DNA of 64,000 nucleotides, taken from contig OX597819.1 in the NCBI GenBank assembly GCA_951406725.2, forward strand, positions 92,814,001-92,878,000, written 5' to 3'. This document shows, piece by piece, positions 25,798 to 39,400 of this stretch (positions within the stretch are counted from its first letter, which is position 1; the number at the start of each line of letters is the position of its first letter). Under the pieces are notes generated by a model, which saw only the letters and a program-made list of their open reading frames with translations, searched no databases and was not told where the DNA came from. A program made the translations under genes and the position numbers. The stretch comes from Octopus vulgaris. Its lineage: Eukaryota.

Positions 25798-27840
25798 AAG
25801 AGAGAGAGAACGAAAGCAGGATATAGAGACGGGGAAGATGGTTTCTTCGTTTCGTATAACTGGTCTCTTCATGTACAAATAATGTCAAAATACATTTAAT
25901 GACATTCATATCCATATCCATCAGACTTTGCTACGTTTACTTCTAGAGGATTTCCATATATTTAAAATATGACCGCCATTTTTACTTTTACAAATTTAGC
26001 ATAGTTGAGAAACTGCGTGTCATTATGTCTTTGTGTCTATGTACACTGTTGTGCTGGTTACACATCTGATATGAATATACTTCTGTAAAGCATATTGTAT
26101 CCACCATGGCCAACTATTTTACGTTATATATCAACCTCTATTTCTGATGATTGCTTCTAGTCACTAGAAGAGTACATATATAGCAGATTGCAATAACATT
26201 ATTGCCAGAGTGATAAAACACAGAAGTAATTGAACTTGAAATAACTTGAAAAAGTTTCTTCCAAATAAAAGTCACTCTCGGTATTCTGTATGATCTCCAC
26301 AAAGGCTCTTTTCAGCATGATTCATCGCTACTCATGTAAGAAAATCTTCAACTGACGTCGCCATTCAACTTTACTGTTCTTTCTCTGTCTTCTAATATTG
26401 CGTGCATTTACCAGTGCAGTTTTGTAAGTTCATGTTGTGAAAAACCCATCGCAATATTATGATATGATGTTTAAAGGATTAACTGAAAGGATTTCTCAGT
26501 AAAGCATTTAAATCATATTAACCAAATCTATCACTGAAATGCTGTGTAATTTTACTGTTTCAAGTACTTTCTTACTTTCTCTGTATCAGGTACTTTCTCA
26601 CTTAATTCTTGTCTTACTTCTTAAGACTTTTCTAATACTCTGTGTGTTATAAAGTGCCATGTTAAATAACAAGTTCGCTAAAATCACTCCATATCATTTT
26701 AAAACAATTTAACTTATCACATTTCACAAATATACATCATAGATTTTCGACAGGAAATTTTTCTCAGTTCTTGCACTAGATATATTGCTGTTTGTAAATT
26801 CTGACATATCTATTTTTGTACGAAATTATTCAAAACCGCTCGTTTACTGTCTCAAATTTTGGCGTCTTTAATTGAATTTCAGATGCACTGTTCACAAAGC
26901 AAAGCATCAATGATAATTATATAGCGTAGTGATAAGAACAATGAAATAATATGGCATATTATTATGAATTTTATAGAGTCATCCTAAACAGAGTAAACTG
27001 ATCATGCGAAAGGCAGCTCAAACAATATTTCCATGCAAAAGGAAACATCGTCGATGATTGCAATGGACTGAAAAGAATTAGTGGATATATGAACACGTGA
27101 TAAATACAATGCAGAAAGGAAAAATCCTCAGTGTATTGTATTTATCGTCTGCTGGTTAGAGATTATATATCAGAGCTGGACTACTTGATATTTCCCCCCA
27201 ACACAGATTAAAGATTCTCTTAGCAAACACGAGAAGCAGGCTATTTATAACATACTCATCAAGAATATCGTTGTTAGGAGGATATTGATTTGTAGTTTTC
27301 TAACAGCCATGAATGAAATTGCTCTTAGATATAGTGGGAGAGAAGTAAATAAGATGAAGATCAGCTGACAGACAATCAGCCCATTACATACTTACTCTTT
27401 AATGTTTGCTAAGACGGGCTCCATTAGAAATAGAGACTACTGGATATATTATTATTTAGTGAATACTTTTTCTGCTATAATGCATAACAAAGTATGATTA
27501 TTTTTGCTACAAAGGGAATTAAGGGGTGACTGTTTCTTACTGAATGGTAGTATATTATAAGTAAAAAACTAAGAAATATATTGTGATGAAATAGTTTCTT
27601 TAATGTCAAAAGTCTTTCGCCATCACATAGTAATCAAGAACTCTTAAAGAAGGTATGAATTTCTCGCGCTGTACTCTTAAGTGCCTCCATTTTAGTATAA
27701 GAAAAATTAAAATATAATAAATTTTACATAACAACGTAATGTTTCACAATGCTTTCGCTATAAAATATTCCAGAAATTAGAAAAGGCATCTGACAATAAT
27801 TTTTCACGATTTGAAATATTCAACAGCCATCTTCTACATT

Positions 27841-28247
<407 letters not shown>

Positions 28248-29403
28248 ACATCTTCTAAACCGGAAATATCCTATGGAAATATTTGAGTCATTGTTCATGT
28301 GTTTTTTATATTCGTATCTCAATGCGTAAGATCTATTTTCAAAGCTGAATCAGAATTTACTCAATCTCTTTATTTTAATGAACAATTGTACACATGAATA
28401 TGTGTGTTGTGTGTGTGTTGAAAATCTTCTTCACATTCCGTAAAACAATGCGTCATATAACTACACTGCTCACATTTAAGATGCTACATTTATGTAACTT
28501 TAATGAAAACTACATTGCATTTCTAAATTATAATGGTATTATCGTTGTATACCAAAGCATTACAAAAAATTTAAACCTACTTCATATTTATCAACTCTTA
28601 AAAAATGGCTGTCTGCCAGTTCAATATTCAAACGATTGAATTGTCATTTCCAGTATTTTTGTTGTTATGTAAACTCAAATACTATTGTGAATGGGGCAAA
28701 GTATACACATTACACTATCCTCTACTACCATTGGTTTCTTACAAAGGGCTACCACTTCCTCTTCCATATGGATTAAGTTAACATAGCATGTTGCTGATAT
28801 TTCTTTTTAATCATATACGTAAGAATGGTAAAATTGACCATGGTAGGTTTTCAACCGAGTGTTAGGCGCTAATGAGCAGAGTAAGTGCTGTAGGATATTT
28901 AGTCTGGCTCTCAATTGTTTCTGTCAACTGACAGCCCTAAATATGGTGTACCAGAATTGTTTAATAGAAAATAATTAGAATAATTTCAAAAGATAAACAA
29001 TGACACTTATTTAACAAATTTATTAGAACTTATTCTGTCTGAATGCATAATACCCATTGAACAATTTTTATGTCGGTATGATAGATGTACTCTTTGCTTT
29101 AAACTACTTTTCATTATAATATTGTCTTCGCTTCATATCTGCATTTCACAAATAGCAACGAGTTGCAAAGCATAAAACAAGAGGGAAAGAGATTTGTTAT
29201 CATAATCTGAGAAAGATAACTACAAAACACTACCGCAAACAAGACAATATGCTCAAAATGAAAGTCTATTTGAATATATGATGAACAGATTTTGTTACCA
29301 CAGCCAACTTCGGCCCTCATAGACCCTGTCACTGCGTGTATAATTACTTCCTAAAACCCTGAACACTACTCCAACATTATACTGATACTAACTTTATCGT
29401 ATA

Positions 29404-30035
29404 TGTTGTGTGATGGAGGAAAAAGACAACAGAAAAAGAAGAAAAAGTGAGAAAGAAATAGAGTGACCTTACCCGTTGACCGAGGCGGGATGAGCGATCA
29501 CTGTCATTATCGTGAAGAAAAACACGTCGTTCCACACTCGCCGCCTCTCATCGAATTGCGACCACGTACTTTTTGCCCGCGCATGCCTCGTGGCTCTTCC
29601 GCCGGCCCCTGCAGTGTTTACTACCGTTTACCTCATTTGCAATCCTCTCAACCAACACCTCAAAGCTCATCACAGCTCATAACACCACTAACACCACACG
29701 CCTCCCTGACCTACAGAGCATTCAATCGGCTTTCCCACTCACTCCTCGCTCCCGAACTCACACCTTAACTGGTTTCATAATTAGCCAACCAGGAAGGAGG
29801 GTGCCGCTCCCTCTTTGGTCGCCGTGCAACCCCGGGACTAGCCTGAGTTCCTACTGGCTTCATCATCCGTTGCTGGCTTCATCATCCGTTGCTGGCTTCA
29901 TCATCCGTTGCTGGCTTTATCATCTTGCCTCCTGCTGATGTCACCATCTTTTTGTCCACTCCTGCTGGTTCCATCCTCTGAGGAATTGACAATCTTCCGC
30001 ACGTCCAAAACATGGCGTGGCATACCATTGACAGA
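29404..30035 (-). mobile_element. Gypsy-like 3' end: integrase tail, polypurine tract and 3' LTR (about 29404-29698)
   Basis: NGMPRHVLDVRKI and RRPKRERHPPSWL; AGGGAGG PPT at 29707-29701; LTR bounded TGTGGTG...CACAACA; 19-bp unit x3-4 at about 29853-29924. Confidence 0.65.
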
Positions 30036-30039
30036 GATG

Positions 30040-31490
30040 TTCTTCGAATTGATGGAGATTATTGTTCCCTTTAGGAAGTATATGCAGGTTATTGTTCCCT
30101 TTAGGAAGTATATTGAAAAGGCATGGAAGAGATTGCTTCATAATCTGGACAAAAGCTCAAAACACTGTGGAAGAATTCAATATCCTCCTGAACAACCTAC
30201 ACCCATCCATCCAATTTACAAAGGAGATGAGCAGTACCTAATGACTATTCCTAGATATAATGGTAATGAAAAAGAACAACACCATTACCACAGATATACA
30301 TTATAAACACACAGATGCACATCAATACCTGAAATTGTGCCATCCATCGCATACAAAATGTAATATCCCATACTGCTTAGCTAGAAGAATCAGTACCATT
30401 GTAGAAGATTTGAAGATCGGGAATCAGCACCTGATGGAATTGAAAGAATTTCTGCTCAAACAAAAATACCCGTCATTACTTATAGAAAATGGTATTCAGT
30501 GGACTATGAAAATACCCACACAACAACTGAGTACAGCACAAAGAAGAGAAAAACAAGAACAAATCATACTATTTATAGTGTCGCACAATCAATGCCACCA
30601 GAATATATTCAATATCGCTGAAGCAAACCTACCAATCATTGCTTAAAGTAAGGAATTGAGAAATATCATTACAGACCCAACTATAACTCTCAGTAAAAGA
30701 CAGCCGAAAAGCTTGAAAAAGTTATTAACAAAGGTAATGTTTGACCTTAGCAACAAAGACCAACCATTCACTGTATCTAAATGCAATGATAGCCGATGCG
30801 GTACATACCAATTAATTCATACCGGCCCATATATGAACACAAAAACGGGGGAAATACTCACAAACGCAAATATGAACTGTGAAAGCAGAAATTTAATCTA
30901 CTGCATCAAATGCCTGAATTGTGAAGAACTGTATGTTGGCCAGACAGGCAATGCACTATCAGAACGCTCACGTGTGTACGGACAAGAAATTAAAAATTCA
31001 GAAGTCCGCCACATACCACCTAGGAACATGTGGCCTGAAAATATTTATAATATTTCCATTTCATAAACTGAATGAAATCGAGAGAAAACTGAGAGAAAAA
31101 GACTGTATTAATAAATTCAAACCGAAGCTTAATAAACAATGATAAAAAATCTCATTTAAGGTTCAAAAGTTTTATCCTCATATATAAAAAATAAAAATCT
31201 CTAAAAAGTATTGCTTCATCATTTTTTTAAAAATAAACATTGAAAAATGGTATGGTACTATTTCTAAAAATAGCCAAGCAACTACTACATCTATCCAAAG
31301 GACAAAATGAAACCCGTCAAACACAGTTGAAACCAAAGATCACATCTGTCACGACCAATGAACTTGAAGATTGCATAAGTGCAAGAAAAGATACAAGTTC
31401 AATAAGAATGGACATCTAATATTTCATTTGTTCAATAAGAATAGACAATTAATACTTCATTTCATTTCATTTTACTATATTATTTTATAT
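30040..31490 (+). mobile_element. 5'-truncated, decayed Penelope-like element (RT C-terminus plus GIY-YIG)
   Basis: TDIHYKHTDAHQYL..CHPSHTKCNIPYCLARRI; KCNDSRCGT; NLIYCIKCLNCEELYVGQTG; REKDCINKFKPKLN. Confidence 0.92.
31359..31401 (+). ncRNA. Degenerate hammerhead in the PLE 3' terminus
   Basis: tgaac-TTGAAGA-ttgca taag tgcaa-GAAA-agataca-agttca; stems I and II intact, cleavage region decayed. Confidence 0.5.
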
Positions 31491-31599
31491 CTTACATTAA
31501 TATTAGACGATTATAAATGAAACGTGAAAAACAGAGTTGGAATTCCTTTGAGTAATATATTCTTCTATACACAATCATACAAACAGCTTTGTATATATA

Positions 31600-31668
<69 letters not shown>

Positions 31669-31725
31669 ATGCATACATATATATACAAACATATATATAC
31701 ACACACATATATATATTAAGTCACT

Positions 31726-32873
31726 AAAGTTAAGGTATGGTCATATAATGACCAGTAGTTTCGCATCCACGAAAGCTGCAACCTTATGGACAGCTCACCA
31801 GACTCTATACTAAGACAAACCTCACTATTCCCCTCGGGGAGGCGGAGAAACGGTGCGCTCAATTGGTCGAACGACCAGCAGAGAAAAACGTTAGTGGCGA
31901 CGGGTTGTCTTCCTCTGGAACGGCGATTAATTGGAAGTGAGGATCTATTTTGTATGGTCTCTCACGAGCCTAATCAGAGAAGACAGTCAGTCTGGTACCA
32001 AGGACACCAGTGAGGTTGACCAGACCAGTACCAATAACAATGCGAATGTAACAGGCTCCGCACCCTACGTTACCACCTGCGGTATCCGCGATACTCTGGC
32101 AGCAACAGCGCCAACACTATGGCCAGACATGGCCTCCGCGGCAATAACAACAGTGGCGACAACAGATATATCATCACCGCCGAACTAATGCATCATAATG
32201 ATAGCAGTCCCAACAACACCGGTGACACCACCAACATCCCCAGGCCCGGAGCCAACCAGAACATAGCCAACACCGAAGCCTGTAAATACATCGGATCGAC
32301 TAGCACAAATTTCAAGCGATGCTCCTGCAACTACCAATCATTATTCTGGGTCCCAGTAAGACGTTTCGTCACGTCCCTAACCAACCATACCGAGCACCTC
32401 AGAAATCAAGGAACTCCAGATGATATCAGGTGGAAAATCTTTGAACAACCAAGTCCTCAAACTAATAAGAGCGGGCGCTGCACAACATCTGCATCGCTAA
32501 GCGAACCAAAATTCTTAAAATGTATTCTAAACTTGGCTCGTTGAATAGCTGTAAAGAAATATCCACACGATGTATCCATTTTCAGCGCTACCTCCTGCAA
32601 AGTTGGGATTCTCCGTTCACTGATTAGGCTCGTAAGAGACCTTACGAAATAGGCCTCCTCCACTTCCAATCAATCGCTGGTCAAGGGGAAACAACCCGTC
32701 TTCACTAACGCTTTTCTCTGATGGTCGTTTGACCAATTCACCGTAGCCTTTCTCCACCTCCGCGAGGTGAAGAGTTAAATTTGCCTTTGTAGAGAATCAG
32801 ATAAACTGTCCACAAGGTAGCAGCTTTCGTGGATGTGAAGCCATTGGTCACTCTATAACCAGACTTTAACTTT
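31726..32873 (+). mobile_element. Penelope-like fragment with about 250-bp inverted terminal repeats (31726-31977, 32620-32873)
   Basis: Diverged reverse-complement arms; internal KYIGSTSTNFKR..NYQS..TSLTNH..IRWKIF GIY-YIG segment. Confidence 0.82.
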
Positions 32874-33547
32874 ATTGCTTTACAACTCTATTCTTTAGAG
32901 TCTGCTTCTTATTCAAATGTATGATATTTTGACCATATATAAGTAATATTCGTAGCCACTTTAACATGGCTATCCGTTTGAGCGAACTCTATTGCGATAT
33001 TTTAAACCCAAGAGGACATCCTCTCTATCTGATTAAAGATGCACAGCTGCATCCGATAAAATCGCGAGCAGGGGAGCGAACCCCTATCATCTCCTAGCGA
33101 CGGGACCAGGAGACCAGTCCTGGTTTCGGGCTATTTTTGCCACTCTTCGGTACTGGACAACTCGTCTGCTAGAGATTAATTCTTTAGTACAGGCACAAGG
33201 CCTAACACAGACGGGACATACACAGACTTGCGGGAAGAAAAAAACACATGAATGGATGAAAGTAAAATGAGTTAATTTACAATGAAATGAAACGGCCATC
33301 TCGCTCCCACTCCGACATGAAACCGTGAATTCCATTTAAAACTTAACATTTTAAATAACAGGCTCCAGCTTCGACCCAAGGCGAAACCGCGACTTCCCTT
33401 TTCGCTTTCACCTTACAATTTTAAAGCGTTTTAAACAAATGTTCATACAGGATTTACTTATTTTCTTTTTCCTTTTTTTTTTAAACAAAATGTTTAACCA
33501 AATGTTCTTCTCAGCATTTCATAGTCGTTAAAATTAACCGCGACTTA

Positions 33548-34862
33548 CCACTTCATCTTCTTTCCGTCCACATAATTCACCACCGAGGCGCGAGGTTCAA
33601 CATCCACCTCCGGCCTCAGTGGATTCACTCTTTCATAATGTCTTCCAATTCTGAAATTCTTTCAACTTTGGTGTGTCCTATATTTCACTATAGTTTGCTT
33701 TTTCTTCGTGTTTTGCTTGTTGGTTCTTTTTGTCTCTATGTTTCTGCAGTTTTTGGCTTTCGTGTGATTGTATTTGCGTGTCTGTGTGTTCGTTTGACTA
33801 TAATTCTGCGCGTTTTGCCTGTGTGTGCACATCTTTAGGTTTCCGTAATTCTGGATTGTCTTGTTTCTGTTCGTTATTACTTATCTGCTGGTGATCCTGG
33901 AGGGGCAATGGCCCAGTGGTTAGGGCAGCGGACTCGCGGTCATAGGATCGCGGTTTCGATTCCCAGACCGGGCGTTGTGAGTGTTTATTGAGCGAAAACA
34001 CCTAAAGCTCCACGAGGCTCCGGCAGGGGGGGGTGATCCCTGCTGTACCCTTTCACCACAACTTTCTCTCACTCTTTCTTCCTGTTTCTGTTGTACCTGT
34101 ATTTCAAAGGGCCGGCCTTGTCACTCTCTGTGTCACGCTGAATATCCCCGAGAACTACGTTAAGGGTGCACGTGTCTGTGGAGTGCTCAGTCACTTACAC
34201 GTTAATTTCACGAGCAGGCTGTTCCGTTGATTCGGATCAACCGGAACCCTCGTCGTCGTAACCGACGGAGTGCTTCCAAATGGTGATCCTACTGGTAAAT
34301 CTTCCCCGTTTCTCGTCGTGGGTTGGGTTTTCCCTTCCATTGCTTTATACTTCTTCAATTCCATTATCGTCGGCGACTTCCTTCTCTCTCTTTTTCTTGC
34401 TTTCACCTCTTCAAAGTTCCCGTCATGTTCTTTTTTCTGTTTCTGTAGTTTTTATGCCATTATGTTCACCTGGATACTCTCCTCTACCATTTCTACTGCT
34501 GCTCTAGGGCATTTCCTTCTGAAGTGCCCTCTTTCACCACATTCGTAACACTTTGGGGGTCTCCCCTTGAACATTATCTCCAGCTTTTCTTCATTTGGTA
34601 GCTCTAAAATTTCAGGTATTTCGTCGTAATATTTTGGGCTCACTTCACAAATTATCTCTAATCCGTACCCCCAACACTTCACTTGTTGGGTTCGGCTTAT
34701 CATGCCATTCCTCACGTCTTTGCTTTCCTTCCTCATCTCCGAATAAATAATTACGGCTATTATCCACTCTGTGCCGATCGACGGTAGGATTCCTCCCACC
34801 CTAAATCTTTTGTCCAAATAGTTTTGCATCAAAGTTCGTTTGTATATAACACGGTCTTTCAC
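33548..34862 (-). mobile_element. LINE ORF1-like (Tx1/L1-type) zinc-knuckle protein remnant, interrupted by a SINE
   Basis: EIPEILEL..KGRPPKCYECGERGHFRRKCP, then a K/E/T-rich low-complexity tail; no adjacent RT seen. Confidence 0.68.
33899..34280 (+). mobile_element. Young full-length tRNA-derived SINE with 10-bp TSD
   Basis: TGGCCCAGTGG A-box, GTTTCGATTCC B-box; TSD tggtgatcct at 33889-33898 and 34281-34290. Confidence 0.92.
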
Positions 34863-35029
34863 ATTATTACTGCTTGCCAGATTTACTCAGAAAGCATTGG
34901 TTGGCTCAGTGGTATAACAGAAGACACTGGCTGAAAGTACCGTGAAGTGAGATTGAACAGGAACCTATGTCTTTTCAAAGCAATCTTCCTAACCACGCCA
35001 CCATTCCTAAGTTCTTGTAGCTATTTACT

Positions 35030-35387
35030 TTTTTGTTGCCCACGGGGGCGGGTGCTAAACTCAGAGGGGACAAATTTGAACTCAGCGGATTTTGAACTCG
35101 GACAAATTTGAATTCGGCGAAATTTGAACTCAGAACGTAACGGCAGACTAAATACCTATTTCTTTACTACCCACAAGGGGCTAAACACAGAGAGGACAAA
35201 CAAGGACAGACAAACGGATTAATTCGATTACATCGACCCCAGTGCGTAACTGGTACTTAATTTATCGATCCCGAAAGGATGAAAGGCAAAGTCGACCTCG
35301 GCGGAATTTGAACTCAGAACGTAACGGCAGACGATATACCGCTAAGCATTTCGTCCGGTGTGCTAACGTTTCTGCCAGCTCGCCGCT
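35030..35387 (-). mobile_element. Meta-core SINE with partial second body
   Basis: Reverse complement of the 14388/43650 family; stuttered aatttgaactc units at about 35070-35132. Confidence 0.85.
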
Positions 35388-36859
35388 CTATATTCTTGTA
35401 GCTATTGTTGTTTACACTCTTGCGAATGAACCTAACCTCTTAGTTTGAAACATGTTCGCTCATTCTATTTTCATTCGTGGAATATTTAAGAGGATTGAAA
35501 TAAAGACTAGTTTAATAATGGTATAATAATTATTTAAAGCAGAACATTAACATTGGCGGAGTAGTAATAATACTTTAAGTAACTGATACTACATCTATTA
35601 AAATAGTATTATTTATGTGGATAAGATCGGTACACAAAATGAAGTCAAAACAACAATTACCACATCACCACTACCAAAGCTGTTTACAGTATCTTTACTA
35701 CGACAGCAGTCATTATAACAAATAATAATAACATAAAAATCTTCCTATTTTTTTCCATCTCCTATCTTTCGCTTTCAAATTTCTTAATTATTTATGTTTA
35801 CGTTCTTAATATATTTTCTCACTTTTTCCCCTTTTGCTTCCTTTTATTATATATTTACAACAGCATAAGATTTCGAAATTAAAAGTTGATATTTTACGAT
35901 AATAGCATAACAAGACCAAAGAAGAAAAAAAATGTTCAGCAAATCAAAAACACCGGTGTTTACACAGTAGGAAACGATGAACAGTTCAGGCCAGTCAAGG
36001 AATGTGAAAAATGCATCGCTTCTATTTTGGTTTAGCTTCTGTTCAGAATCTTCATCACCAAACACTAATTTCTTCATCGGGATGTTTGGTCGGAGATAAA
36101 ATATCAGATCTTCATAACTCTTGCTCTCTTTTTATCTCTGTCTGCCTCTGTGTGCGTGCGTGCGTGCGTACGTACGTGTGTGTGTGCGTGCTTCCATTTC
36201 ATTTTCCCTCACTTTCTCTCACTCCCACTATCTTTTTGTTTCCTTTCACTCTTATTTCCATTCATCGCTTTCTTTTATGACGTAAATATTTCTCTCTGTC
36301 TATAGCCACTCTTGTATTTCATTATAAACACACGTCTCCCTCTTTATCATATTTAATCTATTTATTCTCACCATTTTCATTATCATGAGCGTGACGGAAC
36401 GGAACCAAAATGTATTAAACCCGGATCTGAATAATAAGTAACTCTAGGCAAAACATAAATTTTAATTCAACATTATATTTCTCCCGAAAGAACGTTAGTT
36501 GGAGAATTCTTCACTTGCAGCTTCGTTGGAGTGCTGGATGAAATGTTTGGCACTCTTTTCTTACATCCCATTACATTCAGAGCTCGAATCCCAATGGGAG
36601 TGTCTATGTATTTAATCTCTCCGGAGTCGATAAAATAAGTATTAGTCAAGTACTAGGCCAACAGGTCGACAACGCACATAGCCAATATTTGTAGGATAAT
36701 GCCAAAATTTGAAATGAATATTATAATTTCTAGTATATTAATAGAGACCAGGGAAACATAGCACTTCCCTTGCTCTGATTTAGAATAAATTTAAAACACC
36801 TGTCAACTACGTTTGAACTTTCCAAGTCTAAGTATAGGAATATAGCTATGCTATATGGT

Positions 36860-37160
36860 TTATGTGTGAGTTCGGGGAGAGAAGCTGGCAATACACATGG
36901 CTGATGAAGGTTCCATAGACAGGGGAATGGCAGTGAGTTGTTGAAACTGAGGTAGCTGATATTCAGTTTGAATGTGTGCAGACTGATGATAAAATAGGAA
37001 ACGAATATGAACACATGAAATAAATTCCAGAAAGATCCGGCTCTGAGAAAGAAGGATTGAGCAAAGTATTTGCTACAGTATCTGATGTAGATGCTTCTCA
37101 GCAGTATGGGTGAAGCGTTATAGTTGAGATACAACAGAAGTGGAAAAAAGAAGCAGGCTA
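36860..37160 (-). mobile_element. CR1/L2/Crack-group LINE 3' end
   Basis: YFAQSFFLRAGSFWNL...LHTFKLNIS resembles the SFF.R....WN.LP..FK C-terminus. Confidence 0.5.
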
Positions 37161-37469
37161 CAATGAAAGGGTGTATTAAAGAGTTGGTACTTATCTAACT
37201 ATCCTTTTCCAATGGCTAGAGAGGTTACAGTTACTTGGTATAGTTTGAAATGGCAACACGAAGGTAAGTAACTCGATCTCAAAAGAGTGGACTTAGTAAT
37301 TAATGTCACAAATAATTCTTAATTCTTTGCAATATATCAGCAATTTTGAGAGGAGGGCGAAGTCCATTACATCAACGCCAGTGTTTGGTCTTATCTATAC
37401 AACAGAATGAAAGATAAAATCACATACACACACGCGCGCGCACATACGTACATACCTACATACTTGCTG

Positions 37470-37715
37470 AATGACCTGCACAAATGATTTGTTTATAGTA
37501 ATCAAATGTATGTGCCGTACTTTAGCTCCCTCCCTCCATCAAATCGATGTCCCTTGAACAGGTGCACTGAGTACAATGCGTCAGGTGTCGAAGTGATCGC
37601 AGAGCAGTGTGAGTTGAAGCGTTTTGCTCAAGAACACAACGCAGCACCCAACCTACAAACTGAAATCACGGCCTCGAGACCGTGAGTGCAACACCCTAAC
37701 CCCTAGGCTATGTGT
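37470..37715 (-). mobile_element. tRNA-derived SINE
   Basis: Minus head tagcctaggggttagggtgttgcactc, then gttgtgttcttgagcaaaacgctt. Confidence 0.65.
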
Positions 37716-37774
37716 ATTTATATATATATATATATATATATATCTCATTTGCAGTCATACAGGAACACCACCGT

Positions 37775-38125
37775 GTACTTGCTGATTTTCTCAGTCTGGG
37801 TGTTACACATCACCACTCCTGAATGTGCCTTTGTCTCAGCTGTTGGACTATTTGGTGTGTAAGGGAGTTTGATTCTGCTGCCTTCGTTTGTACCTCATGT
37901 CAGGCTGTTGGTTCATCCGGTATTTTGGAAAGGAGGATGTCCAGTTCGTTTTTGAAGACATCTACTTCCCCCTTATGCAGATTTCTAAAGTTTTGTGGCA
38001 TGGCATTCAGGAGCTGTGGGCCTTTGAACCCTAGACTATTGCAGTATCTGGTCCTGAATTTAGATGGAGTGGATGGTATCTTTGGTACAATAAAATGGCG
38101 GCTAGTGCTGGCATTTGAATATCAC
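37775..38125 (-). mobile_element. CR1-type LINE 3' end
   Basis: YCNSLGFKGPQLLNAMPQNFRNL..VDVFKNELDILLSKIPDEP..AAESNSL. Confidence 0.8.
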
Positions 38126-38240
38126 TCGTACACACACACAATCACAAACACACACACACACACATATACATATGTATGCTTGTATGTATGTAGGTGTTTA
38201 TAAATGTATATGTGTGAGAGTGTGTGTGTGCGTGCATATA

Positions 38241-39085
38241 CAGCGTGCGGTGGGTAAATTATTGCTATTTTAGATTTTTAATTTCGTGCATGTACTTTGC
38301 TTTCGATTTTGTAGAGTACACAGTATAGTAGAGTCAGTTGGGCACCGCCTGTGAGAAAAGAGCACGATGACGCAATGCAATCTGCCAAAATGTGGGAAAC
38401 AATATACTGTATTGCTTGGCATTCGCGCCGGAAGCTCCAATACGAATAGAGGGTGAACACACAGAACAACCGTTATCATATAGTGTACCGAAAACATGTA
38501 CCTAGAGTGATAAAAATCAAACATCCAGTCAACATCATGGTGTTTGGAATGATTTCTATTAATGGCGATGTTATGCCTCTACTCATATTCTCAGACGGAC
38601 TCAGACTAAACACGGGAGCCTACGTCAAGTGCCTTGAGGAGGCAGTGCTGCACCGGGTCAAGAGGGTCGCTGCTGGAAGACCCTGTATCTAGCAACAAGA
38701 CTCTGCACCATGACACACAGATAGGAGAACCCAGTCATGCCTGTCAGACAATTACTGTGATCACATCATCCCTAGCATCTGGCCACCTAACTACCCAGAC
38801 TGCAACCCATTCTATTACTTCTTGTAACACCAAGGATGAATTAAAGGCAAAGCGTATGGTAGCATTCACCACCTTAAACAAAGAGAACGTCAAGAAGATT
38901 TTCAGGAGATTCTGAAGTCGTCTGAAGGCCGTAGTTGAAGGCAATGGCGATTTTATTGAATAAAGTTATTCTTTAGTATTTCAAGATATGTTTATGTAAT
39001 TTAGGTAAATATATCTTAAAATGAGATATCTGTGTTATTTTCTTTTTTGTATAATTTAAACGACAATTTATTCACTGCACCCTTG
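38241..39085 (+). mobile_element. Second deleted DD37D (maT) element
   Basis: TA|CAGCGTGCGGTGGGTAAATT ... AATTTATTCACTGCACC; KHPVNIMVFGMI, QQDSAP, IWPPNYPDCNP; 37 residues between second and third Asp when both copies are combined. Confidence 0.87.
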
Positions 39086-39400
39086 CTCGAAATACGAGAG
39101 TAGAAAAAGAGACAACAAATGCTCGAAATACGAGACAAGAAAAACAGCGAATAACTGATGAAAGGTCGTTATTTATGTTGTTTGTTTTGTTTTCCATTTG
39201 TGTCTTTCGTTGTTCGAAAATATAGTTCATATTCCATGTACTCGTACTTCATATGTTTTTGTTGTACACGTTTTATGACGTCCTGTGCCCCCATATGAAT
39301 ATATATATTCGTATAGATATAAGTATATACATATACGTATGTATACATGCATATATACATATTATTTATATTATATATATGTATGTGATATATATATATA

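Noticed and set aside
29853-29924. 19-bp direct repeats (also 14707-14763) as a CRISPR-like array
   Set aside because: Head-to-tail units with no spacers, inside transposons, in eukaryotic DNA
33899-33970. tRNA-like sequence with A and B boxes
   Set aside because: It is the head of a TSD-flanked SINE, not a tRNA gene
35847-36077. 76-aa ORF in unique-looking DNA
   Set aside because: No recognisable motif or convincing splice boundaries
39081-39168. Possible type II hammerhead (ctcGAAA ... CTGATGA aagg), also at 10560-10605
   Set aside because: Could not build consistent stems I-III in either copy
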